Shown piece after piece: positions 33,578-46,837 of a stretch of DNA of 64,000 nucleotides. Source of the DNA: a virus (Duplodnaviria; Caudoviricetes); the IMG/VR virus record IMGVR_UViG_3300031994_000022; one strand, 5' to 3'. The first letter of the stretch is position 1, and every line of letters starts with the position of its first letter. The notes under the pieces are model-generated. The model was not told the origin of the DNA. It searched no databases and was given only the letters and a program-made list of their open reading frames with translations. The position numbers and the translations under genes were made by a program.

Positions 33578-34429
33578 ATGGGAAAGAACACAGTAGAGGA
33601 AACACGTAAAAAGTTTAAGGAGTTAAAGAAGCTAATTCTTAAAAAAGCAAAGATTAAGAAAGGAACGGCTGCTGACAATGTAAAGCTTGGTAATATGGGT
33701 TCTTGGGCAATGCTTTTTGGAAGTTGTGACTGGTATATTCCTGAACTTGATGTAACAGTAAAGGGAACTTGTGGACAGTATTGTCAAGGTTGTTTTAATC
33801 CTGATAATCCAAAGTGTTCGGCTTGTTATGTAGCTAAATCGTATGTAATGCATACAAATAGAAACGAAGACGGAACTATTGGTGATATACAGAAAAATCC
33901 TTGTACAGTAAAGCTTGGACATGCATATAGAACTATAGCAATGACAATGTTTAGAAAAGATCTTCTTCTTTCGTTAGATAAGCAGCTTACAAAGATGAGA
34001 GAAAAGCTTGGTGTTGTAAGAATAAATGAAAGCGGAGAATTTACTTGTTATGAAGATCTGGAACTGTGGTGTGAGTTAGCGAAAAGACATCCGGAGACAA
34101 TCTTCTATGTATATACAAAGAATTATAAAGCAGTTAGAAAAGCTTTGATTAACGGAATTGTTCCATCGAATTTCTTCATTAATATATCAGTTTGGCATCA
34201 ACTTGGTATTGAAGAGTATTTGGAAATGAAAGATCATCCGCAGATCAGAGCTTTTGTTTTAGTAGATAATGAATGGACAAGAGAAAAATATTATTCAAAG
34301 GGAATTGAAATAACAAGTATGTGTGGTGCTTACGATGAAAATGGAAAGATGAATCACGCAGTAACTTGTGACAAGTGTAAAAAGTGCTTTAGTAATTGTA
34401 GTAAATGCACTGGTTGTTTTGAACATTAA
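33578..34429 (+). CDS. Gp88-like (radical-SAM-related) Cys-rich phage protein
   Basis: TCGQYCQGC...ACY, VRINESGEF, YVYTKN and C-terminal CDKCKKC. Confidence 0.65.
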   Translation: MGKNTVEETRKKFKELKKLILKKAKIKKGTAADNVKLGNMGSWAMLFGSCDWYIPELDVTVKGTCGQYCQGCFNPDNPKCSACYVAKSYVMHTNRNEDGTIGDIQKNPCTVKLGHAYRTIAMTMFRKDLLLSLDKQLTKMREKLGVVRINESGEFTCYEDLELWCELAKRHPETIFYVYTKNYKAVRKALINGIVPSNFFINISVWHQLGIEEYLEMKDHPQIRAFVLVDNEWTREKYYSKGIEITSMCGAYDENGKMNHAVTCDKCKKCFSNCSKCTGCFEH

Positions 34430-34447
34430 TAAAGGAGGAAATTAATT

Positions 34448-37071
34448 ATGGCAACAGCTTATAAACTTTTTAGAAAAAAGAAAGATGGTAACCTTTATCC
34501 GCTTTATGTTGAAGCAAATACACCAATGCCAATAGGAGTTTGGATTGATGCGGTAGAGGGTGAGAGAAGAGAAGACGGCAGAGTAAAGGCAAGTGGTTGT
34601 GGCGGATCACTTGCTTACCGTCCGGGTCTTCACTTGGGTAAAATTCCAAAAGCAGATTGGATAGGTAAGAAGATGGAAGATGGTACACTTGCACAGAGAC
34701 CTGATACGGTATGGTGTGAGGTTGAATATAGTACAGAAATTAATTATCAGCCAGAAGCAAGAGAGAATGGTTGGAAAGCTGGCAAGTGGGCAGCAAAGAG
34801 AGCTTGTCTCGACCATCTTCCGGTTAATGGATACTATCTGTATAAAACGAATAGTAAGCAGATGGATCCTTGGATTATATGTGGATCAATGAAAATTATA
34901 AGGGAACTTAGTAACGAAGAAGTAGCAAGTATATGTAGAGAAAATGGCGTAGAACCACAGAAGATTGCAGAGTAAGGGAGGATATGTATGGCAACAATAA
35001 TAATGTTAATAATGATTGGATTAAAAAAGGAAGAGGTGTGAAGATGAGAGATTATAACGAAATGATTCAGATAATCGCAAACAGTGATAGAACCGTAGAA
35101 GAGAGAGGAGAGTTGGTTGTAAGAGATATGTGCCGGACAATCAACGCTATCCTTGATTATAAGTATACTCTGCAGCATTTTGCTGATAGAGGTACTGCAT
35201 TAGAAGATAAGCGAAATGTAGTTAAAAATAATTTAGCTCTCCTGGAAAATGATTTAGATATTTATAAGCAGATGCTCGGTATTAGCAAGGAAGTATTCGC
35301 AGCAAAAGTAAAGAGAGCTGAAAAAGTTGCTGGCAAGATAGAAGATAGATGATATAATAAAAGGAGAATAAATATGAACATTTGTGATAAACAAAGGATA
35401 GCGAAAGCTATCCTTAAAGATAGTAATATTAAGGTGTGGCAGAAAGATATAGATAAGGTGGTAATTTGCCCCATATATATGATAAGTGATGACGGTGGAA
35501 AATTCCCACATAGAGAGTTATATAGGATAATAATGAAAGATGGAATCATATATGAAGTCACAAGGGAAACAGTCGATGCAGATGGAAAATTTAGTAAAGG
35601 ATCTGCTAAATATGTCACAAAGGAAGTAAGGAGGTATGAATTATGAAAATTAGAGGAAGATATGAGGTAGCCAATGGTTTTACTACGGTATTTGCGAACG
35701 GTACTATATATACCTTTGCAAATAATAGTGATGAAGTGGGTAGTGTATCTATAGGTGAAAGAACCGCCTATGGGACAACATTAACCGAAAATGATTATGC
35801 TCGAATGGAAGCTGAATGTGACCGTGTGGGCACATTTGAGATATAGAAAAGGAGTAAGCGATTGGGAATATAGTGAAATGGAATTTAAGGAGGATAATTA
35901 ATGTATTATAATTATCACGCAAAAGCAAAACAACTTATAGCCGAAGGACATTTAACCGACTACCAAGTAGTACCAAGATGGAATTTAATAAAGCCAGCTT
36001 TGGTACTATTTTTTGATAATCATAAACCTATGCCGATACGGAAGTATAGATTTGAAGAGTATTGGGATATATTGGATGAATGGGATAACAAGAGAGAGGA
36101 GGAATAAGAGATGTTTGGAATTTTTTATTTGATTTTTAATCGTGCTATATTTGGCGTGGCAAAAATAAAAGAAGAGATAGACAATGAAGATGCGCGAGAT
36201 AGAGCTTACAAAAATGGAAATCTAACATATTATAGCACAAAAGGTGAAACGTTGGTATCTAATAATAGACAGGTGTATAGGACGATTGTAAATGGAGATG
36301 AAGTATTAAAAGATGTTTATAATGGAGACGTGTATAAAAATTATTCAGAAGAAAAAAGAAACATTAAAGAGCATAAAGCAAAAGAACAAGGAAAAACTGT
36401 TATACCTGTGCATTATGAAGAGAATCAAGAATATAATAGACTACAGAGATTTAATGCGAAAACAATATCAATTAAACCGACATATCGAGATATAAAAACA
36501 AGAAAATTCTACATAACAGTCCGCATAAATGGATTAGGTTTTTATATGGATATTATATCAGGAGAGTTAGTTAGATTACAGGATGAGGAAAATATGTGTA
36601 AAAAGTGGGGAAAACTCTCAGTGGAAGATATAATTGAAGTATTTAACCAAAGACAGAAAGCATTAGTTAATATACCTCAAGAAGATCATGACTTTATGTG
36701 GTGGGAAGAACATTTTTATTTGAAACATGTTGGATTTAATACGTTGTTTATAGATAATGATAAAAATATTATTGAAGGAAACTATAAAAATGATTTAAGA
36801 ATAAAACAAATAAGAATGAGATTAATAGAGGAGGGAAAGGTCAATGAATAAATCTAGAAGAAGACGAATTGAAAAAGCATTGTCGTTATTAGAGGAAGCT
36901 AAAGATATTATAATGGATGCGATGAACGAAGAAGAAAGTGGCTTTAATAATTTATCAGAAGGATTACAACAAACAATGCGCGGGGAACAAATGGAAGAAA
37001 ATATAAGCGAAATGGAAGAAGCAGTTGATAATATAGATGAATCTATAGAAAATTTACAAAATATTAACTAG
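34448..37071 (+). other. Hypothetical genes (34448, ~35044, 35374, 35643, 35901, 36111, 36844)
   Basis: Co-oriented ORFs with RBSs. Confidence 0.7.
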
Positions 37072-37087
37072 AAAGGAGAAAAACTAT

Positions 37088-38080
37088 ATGTGTGCCAGAG
37101 ATGATGTTGATAAGAAAAATTATGAAATAATAAAAAGAATTGCGGCTGAATATCCTAATGAATTAATGTTGTATATTAATAGTTTAACAAGAAAAACATC
37201 TTATACTAAAATGGTTTATGCTAGATATGTATCAAAATTTCTTAATTATATGGAAACAGAACTAAAACTAAATCCATATATTATAAAGAATTATATTAAA
37301 ATTAAACCAATGAATATTGATGGGTATATGGAAAAAATCAAATATAATGAAAACGGAAAAGAGAATTCAGGGATGTATCTTAACGCACAATTGGCGGCAA
37401 TCAATGGATATTTTGGATTTTTATTAAAAAATGAGATAATAAAATCGAATCCATGTGCTAATATAGAAAACCCAAGAGATAATAAGGAACATCGTATAAC
37501 AACTATTACTGATAATGACTTAAATATTATTGTGGATAATATAAAAAAAGGAACTGGTTCTTATAAAGCCAAAGCCACTCAGAAAAAATGGGTAAATAGA
37601 GATATAGCGATAATAACTCTAGGTATTACAACCGGCTTAAGAATTAGTGCTATAGTAGGGATTGATATTGATGATATAAATTTAAAAGAAAAATATATAA
37701 TGGTTACAGAAAAAGGAGATGTTCAAAAAGTTATATATATAGGTGATAAAACTATATTATCTTTAAAAAAATGGATTAATGATCGAAAGCAGATGGTGGA
37801 CAAAAATGAAAAAGCATTATTTATTTGTCAAGGTAATCATAGGATATCGGTTCGAGCTATAGAAAACAGATTTAAAAAGCTTTCAGAAGAAACAGGGAAG
37901 AAAATTACACCGCATAAGATGAGAGCAACTTGTGCAACCAGACTTTATGAGGAAACCGGAGATATATACTTGGTACAACAGCAGCTTGGTCATAAAAATA
38001 TAGAGAATACTAAGAGATACGCAGCAGTTTCCGAGCGTAAAAAGAGAGAGGCAGCAAGCATACTTGATAACTTATACTAA
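37088..38080 (+). CDS. Tyrosine recombinase (XerC/D-like), catalytically intact
   Basis: R (TGLRISA), K (TEKGD), HxxR (PHKMR), H (LGH) and Y (TKRY); lacks a lambda-Int-type arm-binding N-terminus. Confidence 0.93.
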   Translation: MCARDDVDKKNYEIIKRIAAEYPNELMLYINSLTRKTSYTKMVYARYVSKFLNYMETELKLNPYIIKNYIKIKPMNIDGYMEKIKYNENGKENSGMYLNAQLAAINGYFGFLLKNEIIKSNPCANIENPRDNKEHRITTITDNDLNIIVDNIKKGTGSYKAKATQKKWVNRDIAIITLGITTGLRISAIVGIDIDDINLKEKYIMVTEKGDVQKVIYIGDKTILSLKKWINDRKQMVDKNEKALFICQGNHRISVRAIENRFKKLSEETGKKITPHKMRATCATRLYEETGDIYLVQQQLGHKNIENTKRYAAVSERKKREAASILDNLY

Positions 38081-38126
38081 AAGGCTAAAATTAAATGTTG
38101 ACAAAAGTGAAATCGTTTGGTATATT
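38081..38126 (+). promoter_or_regulatory. SigA-type promoter preceded by the AAGGCTAAAATTAA box
   Basis: TTGACA 38098, 17-bp spacer, TGgTATATT. Confidence 0.8.
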
Positions 38127-38450
38127 GTAATTACAAAAAACAAAAAATCTTACTCATTACAACCAAGCCCCTACGGTAAAAACCATCTACCTCTGACCGT
38201 AGGGGTTCTCCATATAAAGGAAAGGAAGGTAAATGCATATGAATAAATTAAGAATTGGTGATATGGTAGTTGTAGCTGCTGATCTGGCATACCTCACGCA
38301 TGACAGCAGAAAAAGTCAAATAGCAGAAGTGGTTGGAATCTATCCACACTTCTTCAACGTAAAGTACGAAGAGGGGTATCAGCAGAGTATTCAGTATAAA
38401 GATATAAGCCAAATATCAAAGCTAAGTATCTAATAAGGAGAAAACTAAAC

Positions 38451-38759
38451 ATGAAATACGAAGTATGGCAATTGCCTACAAAACATCCAAATAAATTCAT
38501 GCACCTGGATTGGTGTACAAAGCCAGTAGATATACTTGATTATGTATTGGTTTACGCCGGTAAGATAGATAGGGAGATCGAAGATGTAGATGTTTTCTTA
38601 GAAGAACTGTTTCAGATGTTTAATCTGGATCAACCAGAAGATTATCACGCTGCATCTATATCGGTATCCGACCTTATCTGTCTTATTGGTAGTTGCGAAA
38701 AGAGATTTTGGTTCTATGTGGACGGTGTTGGATTTAAGGAGGTAGAGATAGGTGGATAA
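38451..38759 (+). CDS. YodL-domain protein
   Basis: YEVWQL...YVLVYAG...LEELFQMFNLDQPEDYHAASISVSDLI matches the YodL signature. Confidence 0.75.
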   Translation: MKYEVWQLPTKHPNKFMHLDWCTKPVDILDYVLVYAGKIDREIEDVDVFLEELFQMFNLDQPEDYHAASISVSDLICLIGSCEKRFWFYVDGVGFKEVEIGG

Positions 38760-41700
38760 TAAGGAGAAAATTAAATGATTGGATATTACTACCTTCGAGA
38801 TTTACTCGGAGACACAACAGAAGTGGTATCGGCGGTTAATGACCGCGGTGAAAATGTGCTGACATATAAGGCAAAAGAGAATTGCTATTGCGTCGAAACA
38901 ATACAAGGAAACGGTAAAATTCGTAAGAATTATTATTGGAAAGACGGTACAACGGAGGAGATATATGAGTCATAAATTATTATGGGTAAAAGACAATTCA
39001 CACAATTGGATAACCCCAGGTGGAGATCCGGTATGGATTTGTCCGGTATGTGGTGGTGGTTGGCATGTGTATGGAATTGAAAATCCTCGCAAGCAGAGCG
39101 AATGTAAAGATTGCGGAGCTAAAATAGAGGGGTATAAATATGGTAATGGATAATGTGTTTTTAAATGGAATTAACGTTATTGTAACAACTAAATATGTTC
39201 AAGTTCGTAAGCATAAAAAAAGACGTATTAATAAAAAATGGGCTAAGAAATATGGTTATAAGGAAATCAATACGCAGCAAGATGGTGAAATCTTATTTGA
39301 TGAAGAGAAACGAGTTATTTACTGTACTCATAATGATTTTCAAAAAATAAAAGACTGGGTACCACGAATGGTATTCGATGAATGTTCTACAGATAAAAAC
39401 CCTTATAGATATGAGCCTGGAGAAGTAAATTTGGAATATACAATCGATCCATATGTTAATTATTGTAATGATACATATATAGGAAGAGTTAGATGGTAAT
39501 ATCAAATTGTGATTTTATAGGAGGATGAATGTGGAAGATATAGTAGAGGAATTACAAAAAATAGTAACGGAACTGAAAGAGTACAGACGAGATGTCTATA
39601 ACTGCGATATGTGCAACAATCACACTACTCTGGCGAGCGAGTATCCGTGCAATGAATGCAAGAGGAGTTATAGAGATTATTTTACACTCAGAACGGAGGA
39701 TTAATCATGCAAGCAATAATAAGAGTAGATGTTCCGGATTGGCAGATTGAGAAGACGGTGTCTGTATATTTTCCAGACACTATGATGATACATAGCGTTT
39801 GTGAACAAGCACAACCAATAGGGAAATGGATAGGTGGAACTATATGCAGCACTTGTAATTATAAGAAGATGTTCCTGTGGCAGTATAACTACTGTCCAAA
39901 ATGCGGTACAAGATTGGAGGTAGAAAAATGTTAATAACTTTAATAGTTTTAGTTTTAATAATCATAGGTCGTTGGATGATGACTAAGAAGAACGATGATA
40001 TGGAATTTTATGGATCAATAATACTCATAATTGGATGTATAGCAATGTTTGTTTGCTTAGTAACCATATTATGCCAACAGACTATGACGACCAGAAAAAT
40101 AAACAGAAATACGATCAGATATGAAAGCCTACAAAAGAGATTAGAGATTGTTAATTCCGAGTATGAAGATGTTTCCAAGTCTGATGTAATAAAAGATATA
40201 GCAAAATGGAATCAAGAAGCTTACGACTATAAATATTGGAATAATAATTTATTTACGAACTGGATGCATAGTGATAAAGTTGCAGAATCATATAAGTATA
40301 TTGAATATTGAAAGTGGGGTGGTGATGAGAATGACTGATGCAGAATTAGAAAAAGTGATAGCCAAAGCAAAAAAGAAAGTAGGAGAAATGGAACTTAAAT
40401 CAGCACCATTCGATTGGAATGATAACTTTTCGGAGATAGCAATCGAGGACTTCAATCTCTTTAAGGATAAACTAAGCTATGGAATTTGCCAGTCAATAGG
40501 GTTGGCACTTGCAAAACTAGAGATATTAGAGAAACAAGGGTGCAAGGTAGAGGAGGTAGAGGAATGAATACTTTTCAATTAATTTGTTTTTCAATTCTAG
40601 TCTTATTATTTTTATACTTTTTCTATATAAGACCGATCGTCGCTATTGGTGACTTGCCGGGTTGCATAGACAGACTTACTAGAGAAGTCGAAGAATTAAA
40701 GGAAGTGTTGAAGAATGAAAATCATCGAACGATTTAAACGGAATCCGTGTAAAGAATGCTTATGGTACGTCAAAAAAACAACTTGTGTCAATCAAAGAAG
40801 TGTTCGGTACAAGGAGGAAGTTATCCGTTTGTCACGAAATTAGATAGAATGTTTTGTGAACCATACAAAAGGGAGGAAGAAAGAATGGAAAATGATAACT
40901 ACTCAGTAAATAAAGTTGATGCTAATTATATAAAGAAATTGAACGATACAAAGGACAGTCTTGAGTCATTCAAGAAGAAAATCGCATTATTAGAATCAAC
41001 AACCGAAGCAATAGATTTTGCTATTGAATTAATAGATAGAGAAATAGACATAATTAAATGGGTCAATGTAGTATCAGGAGATGAGGAGGGTGCTGATGAC
41101 GAATGAAGAAATGATTAAAGATTTAAGTCGAATAATGGATTTGCTCGATATGCATATTGACCTTAATCAATCATTAAATATAACTCAAATGGAAGTTGCA
41201 TACTTAAGTCTTAAGTGTATTGTAAGGGCATTAGGGCAACAGACTTGCGATGGTATGCGTGATGCTACAGAAGAAGAACGTAAATCAACTAAAGCTTACA
41301 TAGATTCCATAAGTAAGCCGACAGGACTACAATTTGATGATATATATGAGGAACTTGACTTTGTTCAACCACACAAAAAACTATCTGTGAAGCTTCAGCT
41401 TTGCGAAGATTGTATTAGTAGAGAAGCACTTTTGGAAGAATTAGGAGAAGAGCCATTTAATTGGAATGATTCGCCGGAAGCATTCCAAGAAGTGAGAGAT
41501 TATCAATGGTTTAGATCACTTATTGAAGATGCTCCATCTATCACACCGAGTTATAACTCAATTACAACCGAGTTAAAACCATCTGAGGATTGTATCAGCA
41601 GAGCAGCGGTTATTGGACTTGTTGAGCAATATTCATACATTATTGAAAACAGATATAGCGCATTTATTACTAAAATTAAACATTTGCCATCAGTAACACC

Positions 41701-43352
41701 ACAGCCGAAGGTAGGGAAGTGGATAGATACAGGAAGTGGTCAAGAGTGTTCTGAATGTGGTGAGATACAGTATGGTTATGATAGTTTCAGGAAGTATTGC
41801 CCTAACTGTGGTGCAGATATGCGAGGTGACGAAGAATGAATGACTTATGGATTGAATTATTTATATTCTTTTTAGTTGTAGATAGACCGGAATCGGTTAT
41901 GGATCTAATCAACTCTGAGGATTGTGAATATGAGTTTGAGAAGATAATGAAGGATGCTGAATGTATAGAGTCTGAAGAATTTAAAAGTAAAATCTTGGAA
42001 TATCTGAATGATAAGAAAGATAAAATTCTTGAATTGAACGACATTTATAAAAAACATTCGGTTGGGTGGAGTGTAAAAGAAGATGGAAAAGTAGAAAGTG
42101 AGGAATAAATGAGGTACGTTACTTTTTACTATGATTTATTGAGAGAAAATGTTTCTGATTTAAAAGTACATGAAAATAAAGAAAAAGCATTAGAGCATTT
42201 TAACTCACAATGTCATAGCTGGTTTGAGTTAAACATAAAATTTAAAGCAGATAAACTACCCGCAACTTATGGTTACCCATTTCGCAAATATTATGGAGTA
42301 TCAGCAAGAACTTTTAAAAAGATGTTTGATATTTCAATTGATGAAGCTATGGAGATTGCACAAGGTAGAAAGTGAGGGGTGATAATGAAACTCACAGAGT
42401 TTATAGATGAACGATATGAGAATCGGACGGATAAAGATAATATATTTGGTGTCGGTGTATCTGATGCAGAATTTAGACGATTTATAATTGATTATCTATT
42501 AGGCGAAAATTGGTATGTAGTTGATCCATTAGGACAAACACAAATAAATGAAATCGCCTTGTATGAAATTTTAGAAAAATATTCTAAACGATACAGAAAA
42601 GAATGTAAAGACAGAAAGCGAGAGTAATGCATGAACGCAAGACAGAAGGCGAAAAAACTAAAAAAGAAAATAAACACTCTTAAATCTGATAACAATTTGA
42701 TGCGAAGAATTATTGCAGACAGTCCTACCATGCAAGAGCTTTATGATGCATATAATAAACCAAAGTTTGCAACATATACCACAATGCAATTTCAAGAATT
42801 AACAGCAAAGAGAATAATTCCTGTATATATGGCAGATATTGAGGGAGTTATTGAACGTGCGAAACAAGCAGTTGCAGAAGATTTGTTCGAGAGCGTTAAA
42901 GAAAATATAACTTATGAAGTTGATGATAAAGATAGAACACCAACGATCACAGCGAGTATTTTTATTGGCAGAAAATGAGGAATAAAAATGAAAATAAAAG
43001 AACTAATAAAACAATTAGAGGATATGCAGTTACTTTATGGTGACAAAATAATATTAACAGTAACAGATGGAGAATTAGATTATTATATTAGGGATATAAA
43101 AGGAATTAGTTGTGCCAAGTATTTCGAGCCTTCCGATAATGTAGCTGAGGTTATCATTGCTATTAGTAGAAAGTGAGGAATGAATATGACAGCAGAAGAA
43201 ATCATAGCTGATGAAAGATATCATACTTGCGGAAGATGCAAGCATGGAGATACACCTTCTGATGATTATCCTTGTAATGAATGTGTGCATGGGTTTGATA
43301 ACAGGCGAGACTTTTGGGAATTGGCAGAAAGTTGCAAGGTGGGTGAAAGCGA

Positions 43353-43580
43353 ATGATAGAAGATTTAAAAACATGTCCATTTTGCGGACAATCTGTGGAA
43401 ATTAAATATTTCGTAGTTAATTATCCTTTTACTTTTACAAGTAATGGTTATCAAATTACTTGTCCTTTATGCGGTATTGGTTTTAAAGAAAACATTTCAA
43501 GACTTCCAGAATTTTGTCCTGATGAAGTTGCAAAAGCGAAAAGAAAGTTGATCAATAAATGGAATAGACGAGGGGGGTGA
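43353..43580 (+). CDS. Lar-family (restriction alleviation) Zn-finger protein
   Basis: LKTCPFCG...CPLCG...KWNRR. Confidence 0.7.
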   Translation: MIEDLKTCPFCGQSVEIKYFVVNYPFTFTSNGYQITCPLCGIGFKENISRLPEFCPDEVAKAKRKLINKWNRRGG

Positions 43581-44677
43581 GAGCGAATGACATTCGAACT
43601 TGACGAAGCAATTAAGCATTGCGAGGAAGCAGCAGAAGAAAAAGAGAACAATGCTAAGAGCTATCCTAGACCTGATAAGAATGTAAAGGGTGGTGGAAGA
43701 AAGTATAACGCTTGTATTAAATGTGCCAAAGAATACCGACAACTTGCAGAGTGGCTGAGAGAGTTAAAGTTTTATAAAGACCGTCAATACCTAATCAACA
43801 ATAGCTGGCAGGAGTCAATCAGATACAAAGAAGGGATTGAAAAAATAAAGATGCGCAGCCAGGCATACCGAGAGCGTGGCGAAACTATATTAGCAAGTGG
43901 TATGGAACAAGCATTGGATATATTGAAGGAGGTAAACGCTGATGACCGTAACTTGTGAAATAAATGATTATTCTAATCCATCACAACCAAAAATCAAAGT
44001 ACATAATGCGTGGTGTTATTCTGATACAATGGTGGAATTAGAAATTGAAGGAAAACGATATACAGTAAAGGGGTCTGAATTGATAGGAGCAATAAATAAG
44101 TGCTTATTAAGTTATGGAGAACAGTGAGGTAAATGCTTATGACACTTGATGAGACAATTGAGCATTTTGAGGGAATAGCCGAACGATTGGTAGTTACTGA
44201 TTGCCAAGAATGTGCTGTCGATTACCACCAGATTGCAGAGTGGTTAAAAGAGTTGAAAGAATCTAGGATAGTTCTGGATATATTGGGACAATTTCTTGTT
44301 GATACAGATATAGATGTTTGTTGTGAAGATTTGATTATGACAGATGACTATTGTGAGAAATATTGTGATAACAAAAAACCATTATGTTGGTATAGATGGG
44401 CGAAGTTAAAAGCAAGGGAGGTAAACGCTGATGAAGATTAAACATGAGTTTGATTACAAAGCCGATTGGGATGAGATAGCTGATGAATTTACTGCTAATG
44501 ATTCAGCTTATCAAGCACAAATACTTGAGAGGATTGGACAAACTTTTAGAAAATGGTCTAAAGATAAAACGAGAACGGCAACATATATTCAGCTTATGGA
44601 GATAGCGGAAGGTTTAGATAATGACGGTAAGTGGTTTATTGATACTTTACATGATTATATTCAGGAGGTAAATGCTG

Positions 44678-44977
44678 ATGAGGATAGTTAAAGATGATAT
44701 ATATATGGAGTATGATATCATTGTTGACGATAAAAAAGTAGGGACAGTTGAGTTGTGTCCTGGGCGTATGGAGATCTCAAGACTTGTAATCTTTGAACCG
44801 TATCAGAATATGGGATATGGAACTGAAGCGGTTAAAACACTTGTAAAAGATGGTTATAACTCTTTGTGGGTGAGGTCGGATAATCCGAGAGCAATCCATG
44901 TATACGAGAAATGTGGATTTAAGAGAGCAGAGACACAGATGTTTGAAATGAGGTGGGAAGATGGAGATAGTAATTAA
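44678..44977 (+). CDS. GNAT-family acetyltransferase
   Basis: YQNMGYGT motif A; DNPRAIHVYEKCGF motif B. Confidence 0.85.
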   Translation: MRIVKDDIYMEYDIIVDDKKVGTVELCPGRMEISRLVIFEPYQNMGYGTEAVKTLVKDGYNSLWVRSDNPRAIHVYEKCGFKRAETQMFEMRWEDGDSN

Positions 44978-45587
44978 GATACCAGATGAAATTTATAAGA
45001 AGTATATGGACGATAGAACCCATGTTACAGATGTGCTTCACGCTGTTCGTCATGGTACGCCGCTCCCTAAACATCACGGAAGAATCATCGATGAAAGCAA
45101 AATAAACGAGGTTTATGCATATACAGAAGCAAATATAATTAACAATATAAAAATTTTAAGAACAACAATCACACATACTGATGCACCAACCATAATTAAA
45201 GGAGAATAACTATGAGTAATTGGACACACGTAGCAGGAATTATAAGAGTTGATGGTATAGCAGATTTAGATTTTGATAAAGAGATCGGTAAAGAATGTTT
45301 ATGGGAGTCACCTAGCGAGATATGGGAGGATGCCGAAGCAAATCCGGATAAATACCTACCTATGGGTAGCGAAGGTAGTCTTCAGAAAAGTATATGGATA
45401 AATCCAAATGGTAACTGTTTAGCTCGTTACACAATCTCTATATTTGGAGATCTACGAGATCACCACAGCACCTCTGAGATTATAGAATGGTTTAAAGGGA
45501 AGTGTGAACCACTCTGGGTGAGAAACGCAGTGATTACTGTAAGCAATGAGTGGTATGGTACGGAAACATATACATATGTAGAAAATG

Positions 45588-45633
45588 AAGGAGAAAATTA
45601 AAAGTTGACAAAAATATCGCGTTATGATATCGT
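45588..45633 (+). promoter_or_regulatory. SigA-type promoter preceded by the AAGGAGAAAATTAA box
   Basis: TTGACA 45605, 17-bp spacer, TGaTATCGT. Confidence 0.65.
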
Positions 45634-45884
45634 GACAATAAAGGAGGAAATTAAATGATTAACTATAGACGTAATGATGTAGTTCAGTTTACTGAAAATC
45701 ATAAGTGGGCAGCTTGTTTGGGAATTATAAATGAAGTAAAGAAACTTGATGATGATGTGAGATATATGATTGGAATACCAATACCTGAACGTGGTACGGC
45801 ATATATATATTCAATGGAAAGTGATAAGGAATTTGAGCTGGTAGGTATCGCGGTATTGGGGTATGCAGATAAGGATGGTGAAGA

Positions 45885-46808
45885 ATGAAACACTTTATGG
45901 ATATATCAAGGATAATAGAAAATGAGGGTTCTGAATTGACAATGAGTAATACCGAGGCATTTAAACCCGGAGACATTATACAAATTTCCGAAAAGGTTGA
46001 TGGCGCAAATGCGTCTATAGCTTTAGACGATAACGGAAATCTTGTCGCTTACTCACGAAAGAATGAACTTAATTATCAAAATACCCTTCGTGGTTTTTGG
46101 AATTATGTGCAGACTTTGGATAGAGAAAAGTTTCGGGATTTAGGAAAACGTGTATGTTTTGGCGAATGGTTGGTATCACATACTGTCAAGTATAACGCAG
46201 ATGCTTATGACAAGTGGTATGTGTATGATATGTATGATACGGAAACAGAAGAATGGCTGCCACAGAGTGTTGTAAAGGAATTTGCAGAGACTCACGGACT
46301 TGAATATATACATGTTTTATATGAGGGAGAATTTATTTCTTGGGATCATTGTCGTACATTTCTTAACAGTCCGGCTTATGGAGATAGTCAGGAAGGTATT
46401 GTGGTAAAGAATCAATCTAAACTTAATTGTCCAGATATAAGGCGACCATTTTACCTCAAGATAGTTAATGATTCTTTTATGGAAACCAAAGCCCATAATC
46501 ATATTAAAAAGGTGCTTGATCCACAGCATCAGGAGGAAAAGAATCAAGCGGAAGAGATAGCCAATGAAGTAGTTACTAAGGCAAGAGTACAAAAAGAAAT
46601 TCATAAGATGATTGATGAGGGTATTCTTCCTGAGAAACTTCAACCTAAAGATATGAGTGTGGTTGCAAGAAATTTACCGAAGAGGATATATGATGACATA
46701 GTTAAAGAAGAACTAGAACGTATTTCAGATACTATTGGCAATCATTATTTTGGTAAAGCGGTTAATGCAGTAACTATGAATTATGCGAAAGATATAATAT
46801 TAGGATAA
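45885..46808 (+). CDS. ATP-dependent RNA ligase (Rnl2-like)
   Basis: Motif I EKVDGAN, plus FGEW, YD, EGIVVK and LKIV. Confidence 0.85.
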   Translation: MKHFMDISRIIENEGSELTMSNTEAFKPGDIIQISEKVDGANASIALDDNGNLVAYSRKNELNYQNTLRGFWNYVQTLDREKFRDLGKRVCFGEWLVSHTVKYNADAYDKWYVYDMYDTETEEWLPQSVVKEFAETHGLEYIHVLYEGEFISWDHCRTFLNSPAYGDSQEGIVVKNQSKLNCPDIRRPFYLKIVNDSFMETKAHNHIKKVLDPQHQEEKNQAEEIANEVVTKARVQKEIHKMIDEGILPEKLQPKDMSVVARNLPKRIYDDIVKEELERISDTIGNHYFGKAVNAVTMNYAKDIILG

Positions 46809-46837
46809 AATGAGTCTTTTAAAGGAGGTAATTAAAT

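Larger units (their letters stand above)
38775..45888 (+). other. Mosaic run of about 25 small overlapping genes, several with Zn ribbons
   Basis: Tightly overlapping ORFs with recurrent junction sequences; e.g. 41096..41839 has two EDCISR repeats and CSECG...YCPNCGA. Confidence 0.75.
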
